Origin: Microcoleus sp.
GTDB lineage: Bacteria; Cyanobacteriota; Cyanobacteriia; Cyanobacteriales; Microcoleaceae
Assembly (NCBI GenBank): GCA_052279835.1
Contig: CP181291.1
Span: 5,120,001 to 5,184,000 of the forward strand
DNA: 64,000 nucleotides
Direction of reading: 5' to 3'
Below are positions 54,100 through 63,520 of the stretch, in pieces (the stretch's first letter is position 1; each line of letters begins with the position of its first letter). Both the position numbers and the translations under genes were made by a program. The notes beneath the pieces are model-generated. The model did not search any database. It saw only the letters and a program-made list of their open reading frames with translations, and was not told where the DNA came from.

Positions 54100-54108
54100 G
54101 GAAGAAAG

Positions 54109-54222
54109 ATGAAAGTTCGAGCATCTGTCAAAAAAATTTGTGAGAAATGTCGCGTCATCCGCCGTCGAGGCAGAGTGATGGTGATATGTACTAACCCAAA
54201 ACACAAACAACGCCAGGGTTAG
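54109..54222 (+). CDS. rpmJ: 50S ribosomal protein L36
   Basis: [25 protein letters not shown], 37 aa. Confidence 0.97.
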   Translation: MKVRASVKKICEKCRVIRRRGRVMVICTNPKHKQRQG

Positions 54223-54304
54223 AAAATCGGAAAATTAGGAATAGCAGATAGCTGCTGCCTAATTCAACATTGTAGCCAAACAGGAAAACTAGGGAGACAA
54301 AAGT

Positions 54305-54688
54305 GTGGCACGGATTGCCGGGGTAGACCTTCCACGCGATAAGCGCGTCGAAATAGGTTTGACATACATTTACGGAATAGGCCTGTCTCGGGCCCAGAAA
54401 ATTATCGCTGCAACAGGCGTAAATCCTGATACTCGTGTCAAGGATTTAACAGAAGCAGATGTGACCGCCCTGCGGGCTCATGTAGAAAGCAACTACCAGA
54501 TCGAAGGAGACCTCCGGCGCTGGGAGTCAATGAACATCAAGCGCCTGATGGATATTGGGACTTACCGCGGTCGGCGTCACCGTTTGGGCTTGCCAGTTAG
54601 AGGCCAAAGAACCCGCACCAACGCCAGAACCCGCCGGGGTGTCCGCCGAACTGTTGCGGGCAAGAAAAAAGCACCTTCCAAGAAGTAA
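54305..54688 (+). CDS. rpsM: 30S ribosomal protein S13
   Basis: [24 protein letters not shown]. Confidence 0.97.
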   Translation: MARIAGVDLPRDKRVEIGLTYIYGIGLSRAQKIIAATGVNPDTRVKDLTEADVTALRAHVESNYQIEGDLRRWESMNIKRLMDIGTYRGRRHRLGLPVRGQRTRTNARTRRGVRRTVAGKKKAPSKK

Positions 54689-54772
54689 TATCTTTTTGGG
54701 AAAATTACGCTGGGGGCTGCTGGCTCCTAGCGCTTCGAGAAATTAGTTGACAGTAAAGTTAAAGAGACTCCT

Positions 54773-55171
54773 ATGGCGCGACCACAAACAGGCAAGAAAT
54801 CTGGTGCAAAAAAGCAGAAACGGAATGTACCGAATGGGGTAGGCTACATCCAGTCTACCTTTAACAACACGATTGTGACTATTACTGACCTCAATGGCGA
54901 AGTCATATCTTGGGCGTCAGCAGGTTCCAGCGGTTTTAAAGGAGCTAAAAAGGGAACGCCCTTCGCAGCTCAAACAGCAGCAGAAAGTGCAGCCCGCCGA
55001 GCCAACGACCAGGGGATGCGCCAAATAGAAGTAATGGTCAGCGGACCAGGAGCAGGTCGAGAAACAGCAATTCGGGCACTGCAAGGGGCAGGACTAGAAA
55101 TTACTCTGATTAGAGATGTTACCCCAATTCCTCACAACGGCTGTCGCCCTCCCAAGCGGCGTAGAGTCTAA
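54773..55171 (+). CDS. rpsK: 30S ribosomal protein S11
   Basis: [26 protein letters not shown]. Confidence 0.97.
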   Translation: MARPQTGKKSGAKKQKRNVPNGVGYIQSTFNNTIVTITDLNGEVISWASAGSSGFKGAKKGTPFAAQTAAESAARRANDQGMRQIEVMVSGPGAGRETAIRALQGAGLEITLIRDVTPIPHNGCRPPKRRRV

Positions 55172-55345
55172 AACGATTTGAGATTTTAGATTTTAGATTT
55201 TGGATAATGGCTAATTGCTGAAAGCCAAAAACTAATGCTTTCAACTATTGCCCCGTCCATCCAAAATCCGAAATCCGTTCAGGGGTATGCTCTGCAATCT
55301 AAAATCCAAAATCAAAAATCCAAAGTGGAAAAGGGAGGTCACTCC

Positions 55346-56290
55346 GTGGCGCAGTTTCAAATTGAATGTATAGAGTCTCATACTGACAAAGACCGGAGTC
55401 AGTACGGAAAATTCGTCCTCGAACCCCTCGACCGCGGTCAAGGAACAACGGTTGGGAATGCGCTTCGGCGAGTTCTGCTGTCAAATCTGGAAGGAACAGC
55501 AGTAACTTCAGTCCGCATCGCAGGTGTCAATCACGAGTTTGCCACGATCGAAGGGGTACGAGAAGATGTTCTCGAAATCCTGCTGAATATGAAAGAGGTC
55601 GTCCTCAAAACTCATTCTCAGCAGCCGCAAATAGGTAGATTGCGGATCGAAGGACCTGTCACAGTTACCGCAGATCGATTTGATGTACCTTCTGAGGTAG
55701 AAATAATCGATCGCTCTCAGTATATTGCGACTCTCTCCCCAGGCTCAATTCTGGAAATGGAATTCAGAATTGAAAAAGGAATCGGATACCGAGCTGTAGA
55801 CCGTAGTCGCGATGATGGAGCTGCTTTGGATTTTCTGTCCATAGATGCCATTTTTATGCCGATTCGTAGGGTCAACTATAGTGTTGAAGACGCTCGCGTA
55901 GGCGGCACTGTCGAGAAAGACAGGCTGATTATGGAAATCTGGACTGATGGTAGCGTGACTCCTCAAGAAGCTCTGAGTCAATCTGCTCACATCCTGGTAG
56001 ACCTGTTTGCACCTCTCAAAGACATCACCCAAGATTCCCTCAAACCCGAATCTCAAGGTGTAACCGATCCTACAAGCCAAATTCCGATCGAGGAATTGCA
56101 ATTGTCAGTACGGGCTTACAACTGTCTCAAGCGGGCTCAGATTAACTCCGTGGCAGACCTATTGGATTATACCCAAGAAGACTTGCTCGAAATCAAAAAC
56201 TTCGGGCAAAAGTCCGCAGAAGAAGTGATTGAAGCTTTGCAAAAGCGCCTGAGCATTACCTTGCCACAGGAAAAATCAGCTAAAAGTTAA
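55346..56290 (+). CDS. rpoA: RNA polymerase alpha subunit
   Basis: GTG start after AGGGAGG; TVGNALRRVLLS, LSVRAYNCLKR, NFGQKS. Confidence 0.97.
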   Translation: MAQFQIECIESHTDKDRSQYGKFVLEPLDRGQGTTVGNALRRVLLSNLEGTAVTSVRIAGVNHEFATIEGVREDVLEILLNMKEVVLKTHSQQPQIGRLRIEGPVTVTADRFDVPSEVEIIDRSQYIATLSPGSILEMEFRIEKGIGYRAVDRSRDDGAALDFLSIDAIFMPIRRVNYSVEDARVGGTVEKDRLIMEIWTDGSVTPQEALSQSAHILVDLFAPLKDITQDSLKPESQGVTDPTSQIPIEELQLSVRAYNCLKRAQINSVADLLDYTQEDLLEIKNFGQKSAEEVIEALQKRLSITLPQEKSAKS

Positions 56291-56443
56291 TCCAACGGTA
56301 ATGAGTAACAAAGTTTTGATTTAGCCACGGCTAACTCCAAAGGCTACGCTTGTGGATGAGCTTTAAATGCAAAATTTAAAACTCATAACTCAAAACTATT
56401 TACTTACCAATTACCAATTACCAATTACCAATTACCAACTGCT

Positions 56444-56794
56444 ATGCGTCATCGCTGTCGCGTCCCCCAACTCAATAAACCGGCTGACCAGCGTCGCGCA
56501 CTACTGCGCTCGCTGACCACCGAATTAATCCGTCACGGTAAAATTACTACTACTCTCGCCCGCGCCAAAGCGCTGCGTTCAGAGGCGGACAAAATGATTA
56601 CTCTGGCAAAAGATGGCTCCTTAGCCGCTCGCCGCCAAGCTATGGGCTTTATCTATGACAAACAGTTAGTACACGCACTGTTTGATGCGGCAAAAGAACG
56701 GTACGGCTCACGTAACGGTGGCTACACCCGCGTGGTGCGAACTGTCCCCCGTCAAGGAGACAATTCCGAAATGGCGATCGTCGAACTGGTTTAA
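56444..56794 (+). CDS. rplQ: 50S ribosomal protein L17
   Basis: [20 protein letters not shown]. Confidence 0.97.
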   Translation: MRHRCRVPQLNKPADQRRALLRSLTTELIRHGKITTTLARAKALRSEADKMITLAKDGSLAARRQAMGFIYDKQLVHALFDAAKERYGSRNGGYTRVVRTVPRQGDNSEMAIVELV

Positions 56795-56823
56795 TTCAAT
56801 TTTGGGTTGGATATTTTTGATTT

Positions 56824-57666
56824 ATGACGGAAAATCCCAAATCGGAAATCGACAACCCCAAATCGATGCAGCGTGTTGCTCTTGTCATCCAATATCTCGG
56901 CACAGACTTTCACGGTTGGCAGCGACAGCCGAATCAGCGTACAGTACAAGAAGAGATTGAAACAGCAATTTCCACTGTTCTAGAGCGTCCGGTAACGCTG
57001 CACGCGGCTGGGAGAACTGATGCGGGAGTTCACGCCGCGGCTCAAGTAGCCCATTTTGATGCCGATGGCCCAATTCCAGCTCACCGCTGGGCAAGCGTTC
57101 TCAACTCTCGACTGGCAAAAGATATTTTAATTCGAGCTTCCGCAAAGGTGGAACCTACCTGGCACGCTCGGTTCTCAGCCAGTTGGCGGCGCTATCGCTA
57201 CACCCTTTATACAGACCAGACCCCTAATTTGTTTGTGCGTCCTTTTGCTTGGCATTATTATCACGCCCCTGTGGATGAATCTTTGATTCAGGCAGCTATG
57301 GTACCCCTGATCGGGCACCACCATCTAGCAGCTTTCCACCGCGCGGGGTCTGCCAGGCCCCATTCTTGGGTGGACGTACAAGCAGCAGAGTGTCACCGTT
57401 GTGGGCCTACGATCTATATCGAGGTTCAGGCGAGCGGGTTTCTGTACGGGATGATGCGGCTGCTGGTGGGTTTGCTGGTGCAGGTGGGTCGCGGGGAAAG
57501 GGCGATCGAAAATTTTACAGATATCTGGGTCAACGAACGCCGAGAACTGGTAAAATATGCCGCCCCGGCTCAAGGTTTGTGCCTGCTGCGAGTTGGCTAT
57601 CAAGACTTTCCCTTTCCTCCCGAAGTTTGGTATGACACTCAGCCAAAATTAGTCATTAGTCAGTAG
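56824..57666 (+). CDS. truA: tRNA pseudouridine(38-40) synthase
   Basis: GWQRQ, AGRTDAGVHA, HARFSA; start may be the ATG at 56866. Confidence 0.95.
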   Translation: MTENPKSEIDNPKSMQRVALVIQYLGTDFHGWQRQPNQRTVQEEIETAISTVLERPVTLHAAGRTDAGVHAAAQVAHFDADGPIPAHRWASVLNSRLAKDILIRASAKVEPTWHARFSASWRRYRYTLYTDQTPNLFVRPFAWHYYHAPVDESLIQAAMVPLIGHHHLAAFHRAGSARPHSWVDVQAAECHRCGPTIYIEVQASGFLYGMMRLLVGLLVQVGRGERAIENFTDIWVNERRELVKYAAPAQGLCLLRVGYQDFPFPPEVWYDTQPKLVISQ

Positions 57667-57858
57667 TCAGTAGTCAGTAGTCAGTAGTCATTAGTCATTA
57701 GGTAACTACTAATATAAACTAAGGACAAGTGACAATTAAAAACTGACAAGTGACAATTAAAAACTGATAACTGACAATTAAAAACTGACAACTAACAATT
57801 AAGAACTGACAACTGACAACTGACAACAGTTAACAGTTAACAGTTAACAGTTAACAGA
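57650..57858. repeat. Inverted heptamer arrays (TAGTCAG)n ... (AACTGAC/AACAGTT)n
   Basis: Directly visible in the truA-rplM spacer. Confidence 0.88.
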
Positions 57859-57874
57859 CAACTCACAACAAACA

Positions 57875-58330
57875 ATGAACAAAAGTTACGTCCCTACTCA
57901 AGACTCCCTAGAGCACAAGTGGTACGTGGTCGATGCCGCCGACCAACGGCTCGGTCGTCTGGCAACTGAAGTTGCCATGTACCTCCGGGGAAAACACAAA
58001 CCCACTTACACTCCTTCTATGGATACCGGCGATTTTGTAATTGTCATCAATGCTGACAAAATCGCTGTTACTGGCAAAAAACGTACCCAGAAAATCTATC
58101 GTCGCCACTCTGGAAGACCGGGCGGCATGAAAACCGAAACCTTTGCTAAATTGCAAGCACGTTTGCCCGAAAGAATTGTGGAAGAAGCGATTCGAGGAAT
58201 GCTCCCTCACACTGCTTTGGGCAGACAACTATTTACTAAGCTGAAGGTGTACGCTGGCCCTGAGCATCCTCATGCTGCTCAAAAACCAGAAGAATTAATT
58301 GTTCACACGATTCCAGGAGGAAATGAGTAA
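57875..58330 (+). CDS. rplM: 50S ribosomal protein L13
   Basis: [30 protein letters not shown]. Confidence 0.97.
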   Translation: MNKSYVPTQDSLEHKWYVVDAADQRLGRLATEVAMYLRGKHKPTYTPSMDTGDFVIVINADKIAVTGKKRTQKIYRRHSGRPGGMKTETFAKLQARLPERIVEEAIRGMLPHTALGRQLFTKLKVYAGPEHPHAAQKPEELIVHTIPGGNE

Positions 58331-58740
58331 TGCAAGCAACAGATACCGGCCGCGCGGTGTACTGGGGTACTGGCCGTCGCAAGTGTTCCGTAGCACGAGT
58401 ACGTTTGGTTCCCGGCACTGGGATATTGACTGTCAATGGTAAAGAAGGGGATTTGTACTTGCAATTTAACCCAACTTATTTAGCTCTAGCTAAGGCTCCT
58501 TTGGAAACTTTGGGTCTGGAAAATGAGTACGATATTTTAGTAAAAGTCGAAGGTGGCGGGTTGACAGGTCAGGCTGACTCCATTCGCTTGGGTGTCGCTA
58601 GAGCACTGTGCCAATTAGACCCTGATAACCGCAAACCTCTCAAGATTGAGGGGTATTTGACTCGTGACCCGCGGGCGAAAGAGCGGAAAAAGTACGGTTT
58701 GCGGAAAGCTCGGAAGGCTCCTCAATACTCCAAGCGGTAA
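58330..58740 (+). CDS. rpsI: 30S ribosomal protein S9
   Basis: [25 protein letters not shown]. Confidence 0.97.
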   Translation: MQATDTGRAVYWGTGRRKCSVARVRLVPGTGILTVNGKEGDLYLQFNPTYLALAKAPLETLGLENEYDILVKVEGGGLTGQADSIRLGVARALCQLDPDNRKPLKIEGYLTRDPRAKERKKYGLRKARKAPQYSKR

Positions 58741-58950
58741 TCGAGAGAACCAGGAACAAGTCCGAGGGAAGAGGGAAGAAGGAAGAGGGAAAAATTATCC
58801 AGATTCCATCCTCCTTTTTTTCAAGGTCTATTTCTGATTCCCGATGCGTGCTTTCACATCCAATCTGGCGAAATCAGGGCGGTTGTTGGTACGCAAGTCC
58901 TAGCACGGCTAAAATGGTTGTAAAGTAAAAAAAATAGAGAGTAAAAAACA

Positions 58951-59259
58951 ATGGCGAAAGCTGGCATTCACCCTCAGTGGTATCCCGAAGCTGAGGTTTA
59001 TTGCAACGGGGAACTTGTGATGACTGTTGGTTCTACTAGACCCAAGCTGCAAGTTGATGTTTGGTCTGGGAATCATCCTTTTTATACTGGGACTCAGAAG
59101 ATTATTGATACTGAAGGTCGTGTGGAACGCTTTATGCGGAAATACGGCATGACGGAAGTGGAAATGCCGAAGGCAGATGCTTCTTCTGGCCCGCTGAAAA
59201 TGGAAGACCCGAAAGCGGATGCTGCTAAGGCTGCTGCTAAAGGCAAAAAGAAGAAGTAG
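58951..59259 (+). CDS. rpmE: 50S ribosomal protein L31
   Basis: IHPQWY, VDVWSGNHPFYTG, DTEGRVERF; long C-terminal tail. Confidence 0.96.
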   Translation: MAKAGIHPQWYPEAEVYCNGELVMTVGSTRPKLQVDVWSGNHPFYTGTQKIIDTEGRVERFMRKYGMTEVEMPKADASSGPLKMEDPKADAAKAAAKGKKKK

Positions 59260-59541
59260 CCGGATTGTCATTTGTCCGCAGTTTGTTGAGAGTAGTTTTT
59301 TTCTACTGACAATTTACCGCCTTCGGATTGCAGATTTTAGATTGAAGACTTGCCCTTGCCAGCAGTTGAGTTGGATCGAGATTCTATTCCAACTGCTCTT
59401 CAATAGACATCTCCCCAAAAGGCTAGCAAGGGCAGACCCCATGCGTACCCCACAGGAATTATTGGAGATGTCTAATTCTAAAATCTCAAGTCTCAAATCT
59501 CAAATCTCAAATCTCAAATCGATTGACGAGGACAACTGACA

Positions 59542-60639
59542 ATGGCTGAATCTTATTTACTGGATAAATTGAAGTCGGTAGAGCAAACTTTTCATGAGTT
59601 GACTCGCCGCATGGCTGACCCGGATGTTGCTAGGGATAATTATGAGTTTCAGCGGGTTGCGAAGGCTCGATCGTCCTTAGAAGAAGTGGTCGATACTTTT
59701 GAGCTGTGGAAAACCACGACTGATGATTTAGCAGGTGCAAAACAAGTTCTGAAAGAGGCGGCGGGCGATCGAGAATTGCAAGAAATGGCGGCCTTGGAAG
59801 TTGAGGAACTTGAGTCAAAATTGGAGAATTTGGAAACCCGCTTGAAGGTTTTGCTGCTGCCGCGCGATCCCAACGACGATAAGAATATTATGTTGGAAAT
59901 TCGGGCTGGTACTGGTGGAGATGAGGCTAGTATTTGGGCGGGAGATTTGCTGCGCCTGTATTCGCGTTACGCTCAAACTCAAGGCTGGGTGGTGAAGTTG
60001 GTGAGCGAGTCGCTGGCGGAAATGGGTGGCTTTAAAGAGGTGATTCTGGAAGTTACGGGTGACAGTGTTTACAGCAAGCTGAAGTTTGAGGCTGGGGTGC
60101 ATCGGGTGCAGCGAGTGCCTGTGACTGAGGCGGGCGGCCGGGTACACACTTCGACGGCGACGGTGGCTGTGATGCCGGAGGTTGATGAGGTGGAGATTCA
60201 CATCGATCCGAAGGATATTGAGATGAGTACGGCTCGATCGGGCGGTGCTGGCGGTCAAAATGTGAACAAGGTGGAAACTGCTGCGGATTTGTTTCACAAG
60301 CCGACTGGGATTCGGATTTTCTGTACTGAGGAGCGCAGTCAGTTGCAGAATAAGGAGCGGGCGATGCAGATTTTGCGGGCTAAGCTTTATGACATGAAGT
60401 TGCGGGAGCAGCAGGATGAGGTGAAGTCGCGGCGTTTGGCTCAGGTTGGTACTGGTTCGCGATCGGAAAAAATTCGCACTTACAACTATAAGGATAATCG
60501 GGCTACCGACCACCGTTTGGGGGAGAATTTCTCGCTCAATAGTGTTTTGGAAGGGGATATTGAGGGGATTATTCAGACTTGCATTTCTCAGGATCAGCAG
60601 GAACGTTTGGCCGAGTTGGCTGCTTCTACTTCTAATTGA
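59542..60639 (+). CDS. prfA: Peptide chain release factor 1
   Basis: RVQRVPVTE (PxT motif), [18 protein letters not shown]. Confidence 0.97.
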   Translation: MAESYLLDKLKSVEQTFHELTRRMADPDVARDNYEFQRVAKARSSLEEVVDTFELWKTTTDDLAGAKQVLKEAAGDRELQEMAALEVEELESKLENLETRLKVLLLPRDPNDDKNIMLEIRAGTGGDEASIWAGDLLRLYSRYAQTQGWVVKLVSESLAEMGGFKEVILEVTGDSVYSKLKFEAGVHRVQRVPVTEAGGRVHTSTATVAVMPEVDEVEIHIDPKDIEMSTARSGGAGGQNVNKVETAADLFHKPTGIRIFCTEERSQLQNKERAMQILRAKLYDMKLREQQDEVKSRRLAQVGTGSRSEKIRTYNYKDNRATDHRLGENFSLNSVLEGDIEGIIQTCISQDQQERLAELAASTSN

Positions 60640-60655
60640 TTGGTTGATGGGGAAC

Positions 60656-60891
60656 TTAGGCGCATTTTTGGGTGTGCCTTTGTTATCTGATGACTTGACG
60701 GATGTGGTTGAGTAGGGCTTCCCACATTGCATCGGCGATGCCTACGGCTGGCTACACGCGATCGGATAGTTGAAATGTTCGAGGTCGTATTGTACAACTT
60801 CTTCTAGTGGTTGTAAGGTTTGCTGGTTTCGGTGGGTTTTTATGGCTGCGATCGCCTCTTGTTGCCAACGCGCAAATAATATGTAGCTGAA
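60656..60891 (-). pseudogene. Decayed 3' fragment paralogous to 63521-63958
   Basis: 60642-60891 aligns by eye with 63508-63739; contains a ~17-bp insertion in a HIP1 site and an in-frame stop. Confidence 0.85.
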
Positions 60892-60923
60892 GTTATATTA
60901 GATATATTCTCACTCAGATTCAT

Positions 60924-62951
60924 TTGGCTGTTGACCTTATGAAGCACATTATGAAGCAAAAACTTCCCCGGATCAACCCGACTACGCTGATTAAGAGTTT
61001 GGGGCGACTTACCCTGATCGCGACATTTTCTTTGGGTCTGGGGACTTGGAAAAACTGGGAACATTATAACAAGTATTGGTATGGCACAATGTTTGCGGTG
61101 CAAACAGTTGATTTCAATATGTTATCTCATACTCTGCCAGGAAAACTATCCTATACCTTATTACAAGGAAATAGAGGAGAATTGCAGCGAACTTTAGACA
61201 GCAACTATGGATTATTTGAGCTGATTGTCACTGATTGCAAAATGGCTGCCAAAGATTGCCTATCCGAGCAAATTCTTTATCAATCAAAATCTTCTCAGAA
61301 GTGGACAAAGGAAAGTTCATTAGCAACTTTATCAAATCATCCATACGACTTACTACAAAGTCCACCTCCGCTGCAAGCAGAGCGGCAATATGCTAAACCT
61401 CGTGATAGTAAACCCATCCCTACTGGTAGAGTTAACTCAGGAGAAATAATCGGTCGTGTGTACTATGTCCGGGGAGTACCGCCGACATTTATTGAAGATT
61501 ATAATAATTGGATTAAAGAGCCATTTAAAGTAACAAGTTCCCGGACTCTTTACACATCGACAGTCGCTTTATTTTTCGTTAGCGGTTTGATCGCGTGGAT
61601 AATTATTGAGGTGATTTTATATGCCAAACGGAATGAGCAGCACCTTGCACAGCAACAACGGAAACAATTACAGCGGGAAGCAGAATATGAGCAGCGCCTT
61701 GCACAGCAACAACGGGAACAATTACAGCGGGAAATTCAACAGATTAAGCTGCAATTAGAAGAGAAAAACCAGCAAACTATCGAATTAATTGACCAGCGAG
61801 AGAGAGGTCTTGCTGAACTGGAATCTTATCGGCAAGGACAGGAGCAAAATAAGAGAGAACTGGAAAATCAAATTGGATATTATGAAAGCGAACGGGCTCT
61901 TAAAGAACAGCAACAGCGAGAAACTGCTCAAACTTTAGAAGACGACTTGCAGTTACTACGGCAAAAGTTGCAAGAAACGTCTCAACGAGAATCTGAAGCA
62001 AAGCAGCAGATTAAGCTGCAATTAGAAGAGAAAAACCAGCAAAATATCGAATTAGCTGACCAGCGAGAGAGAGTTCTTGCTGAACTGGAATCTGCTCGGC
62101 AAGAACAGGAGCAAAATAAGAGAAAACTGGAAAATCAAATTGCATCTTATGAAAGCGAACGGGCTCTTAAAGAACAGCAACAGCAAGAAACTGCTCAAAC
62201 TTTAGAAGACGAATTGCAATTACTACGGCAAGATTTGCAAGAAACGTCTCAGCGAGAATCTGAAGCAAAGCAGCGGAGTGAATCGCTAAATCAGAAAATA
62301 GCTGATTTGAAGTGCGATCTAGATTTAATACAACAGCAATCTCGTCAGCTAGAGCAACAGCTAGAAACAATACCTAATATTAATAATGAACTCAATGCTG
62401 CTCTAGATATTAATAATGAACTGACCGCCGCACTAGAAGGAGCTAGGACAGAATTAGATCGGACTAAGGAACAGTCAAGAGATGGGGAAAATTATTATGT
62501 GGAAGAAATTGATCGGTTAGAAAAAGAAAAAGTTCAGTTAAACACCGAATTATGTTCATATAAAAAAGGCAAAACTCTCTTCTTAGAAAAACGAAATAAG
62601 CAGTTAGAAAGTGCTCTCAGTGCAGCCCAAGAGAACACTCAAACATTAGAAAATACTATTGAAGCTCTAAACGTTCTGCTTGAAAATCAGTCGCAAAATT
62701 CCCATTCATATATACCTTGGTCTCAATTGCCAAGAATTTCAGGTAGAGAAGCTATCGGGTCTTTAGAGCGTTTGGGATTCAGAATAGATAGGCAAAATGG
62801 CAGTCACGTTTTTCTCGAACGGGTTCGGGCTGTAGATCAAATAGATCGTTGTAGTGTGCCACGCCATGATGAATTAGCTCTTGGGACACTAGCTGCTGGA
62901 ATTCTTCGCCCAGCAAATGTCACCCTAGAGGAGTTTAAAGATAATTTATGA
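60924..62951 (+). CDS. Two-TM protein with extracytoplasmic domain, long coiled coil and C-terminal HicA-like RNase domain
   Basis: Hydrophobic LTLIATFSLGLG and TVALFFVSGLIAWIIIEVILY; Q/E-rich heptads; C-terminal LPRISGREA..LERLGF..RQNGSHVFL..VPRHDEL..GTL..IL; start may be ATG 60939 or 60951. Confidence 0.8.
   Translation: MAVDLMKHIMKQKLPRINPTTLIKSLGRLTLIATFSLGLGTWKNWEHYNKYWYGTMFAVQTVDFNMLSHTLPGKLSYTLLQGNRGELQRTLDSNYGLFELIVTDCKMAAKDCLSEQILYQSKSSQKWTKESSLATLSNHPYDLLQSPPPLQAERQYAKPRDSKPIPTGRVNSGEIIGRVYYVRGVPPTFIEDYNNWIKEPFKVTSSRTLYTSTVALFFVSGLIAWIIIEVILYAKRNEQHLAQQQRKQLQREAEYEQRLAQQQREQLQREIQQIKLQLEEKNQQTIELIDQRERGLAELESYRQGQEQNKRELENQIGYYESERALKEQQQRETAQTLEDDLQLLRQKLQETSQRESEAKQQIKLQLEEKNQQNIELADQRERVLAELESARQEQEQNKRKLENQIASYESERALKEQQQQETAQTLEDELQLLRQDLQETSQRESEAKQRSESLNQKIADLKCDLDLIQQQSRQLEQQLETIPNINNELNAALDINNELTAALEGARTELDRTKEQSRDGENYYVEEIDRLEKEKVQLNTELCSYKKGKTLFLEKRNKQLESALSAAQENTQTLENTIEALNVLLENQSQNSHSYIPWSQLPRISGREAIGSLERLGFRIDRQNGSHVFLERVRAVDQIDRCSVPRHDELALGTLAAGILRPANVTLEEFKDNL
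61741..62274 (+). repeat. In-frame 267-bp tandem duplication within the coiled coil
   Basis: AGATTAAGCTGCAATTAGAAGAG starts at both 61741 and 62008; copies nearly identical. Confidence 0.92.
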
Positions 62952-62996
62952 TCGTGTTGAATCTAAAAAAATAATTTTAATGGAGTTTAATAGCAA

Positions 62997-63485
62997 GTGA
63001 AATTTAGGGTACTCGAAACACTAATTGCTAGTTCTATTATTCTATCAATTTCATCCTTGTCATCTGCTAAAAGTAATCAACAAGATTCTACAATTATACC
63101 CACAGGAACTTACTACTCTCAAGGAACCATGTTCAATAATTCCCGGAGAGAAATTGCACATAAAAACAAGAGAATCTGTATTAAGATTGTCAATGGTCCT
63201 GCAAATCCTTACAAGGGAGTGGAAGATATCACAATTAGCAGCGTGTCTTTTCAAAAGGGGAAATTATATATTGATGCTACCGGAGAAGAGTTAATCTTAG
63301 AAAAAAATGGAAAAGTAATAAATAGTGGTCGTGGTGGTGTGTGGGAGTATAGAGGCACTTCACCAGATCCTAGGAGTCAACCCATACAGGCTCAAAAAAT
63401 GGCAGAGTGTGTAGCGGCTCAAGGACGATATGTACAGAAGATGCAAGGAATATCCATCTCAGGAATCGATTTTCCCAAGCATTAA
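62997..63485 (+). CDS. Hypothetical secreted protein
   Basis: Signal-peptide-like N-terminus (MKFRVLETLIASSIILSISSLSSA), two Cys; GGAG RBS; 45 bp after the upstream stop. Confidence 0.7.
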   Translation: MKFRVLETLIASSIILSISSLSSAKSNQQDSTIIPTGTYYSQGTMFNNSRREIAHKNKRICIKIVNGPANPYKGVEDITISSVSFQKGKLYIDATGEELILEKNGKVINSGRGGVWEYRGTSPDPRSQPIQAQKMAECVAAQGRYVQKMQGISISGIDFPKH

Positions 63486-63520
63486 CCAGGCGATCGACAT
63501 AGGTGGGGGTTAATGGGGTA

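Noticed and set aside
41318..56794. Absence of rpsJ, rpsN, rpmD and rpsD from the ribosomal cluster
   Set aside because: This is the normal cyanobacterial gene arrangement.
59815..60732. 305-aa antisense ORF over prfA
   Set aside because: It is a shadow of prfA codon bias and has no recognisable motifs; the same applies to the many short antisense ORFs.
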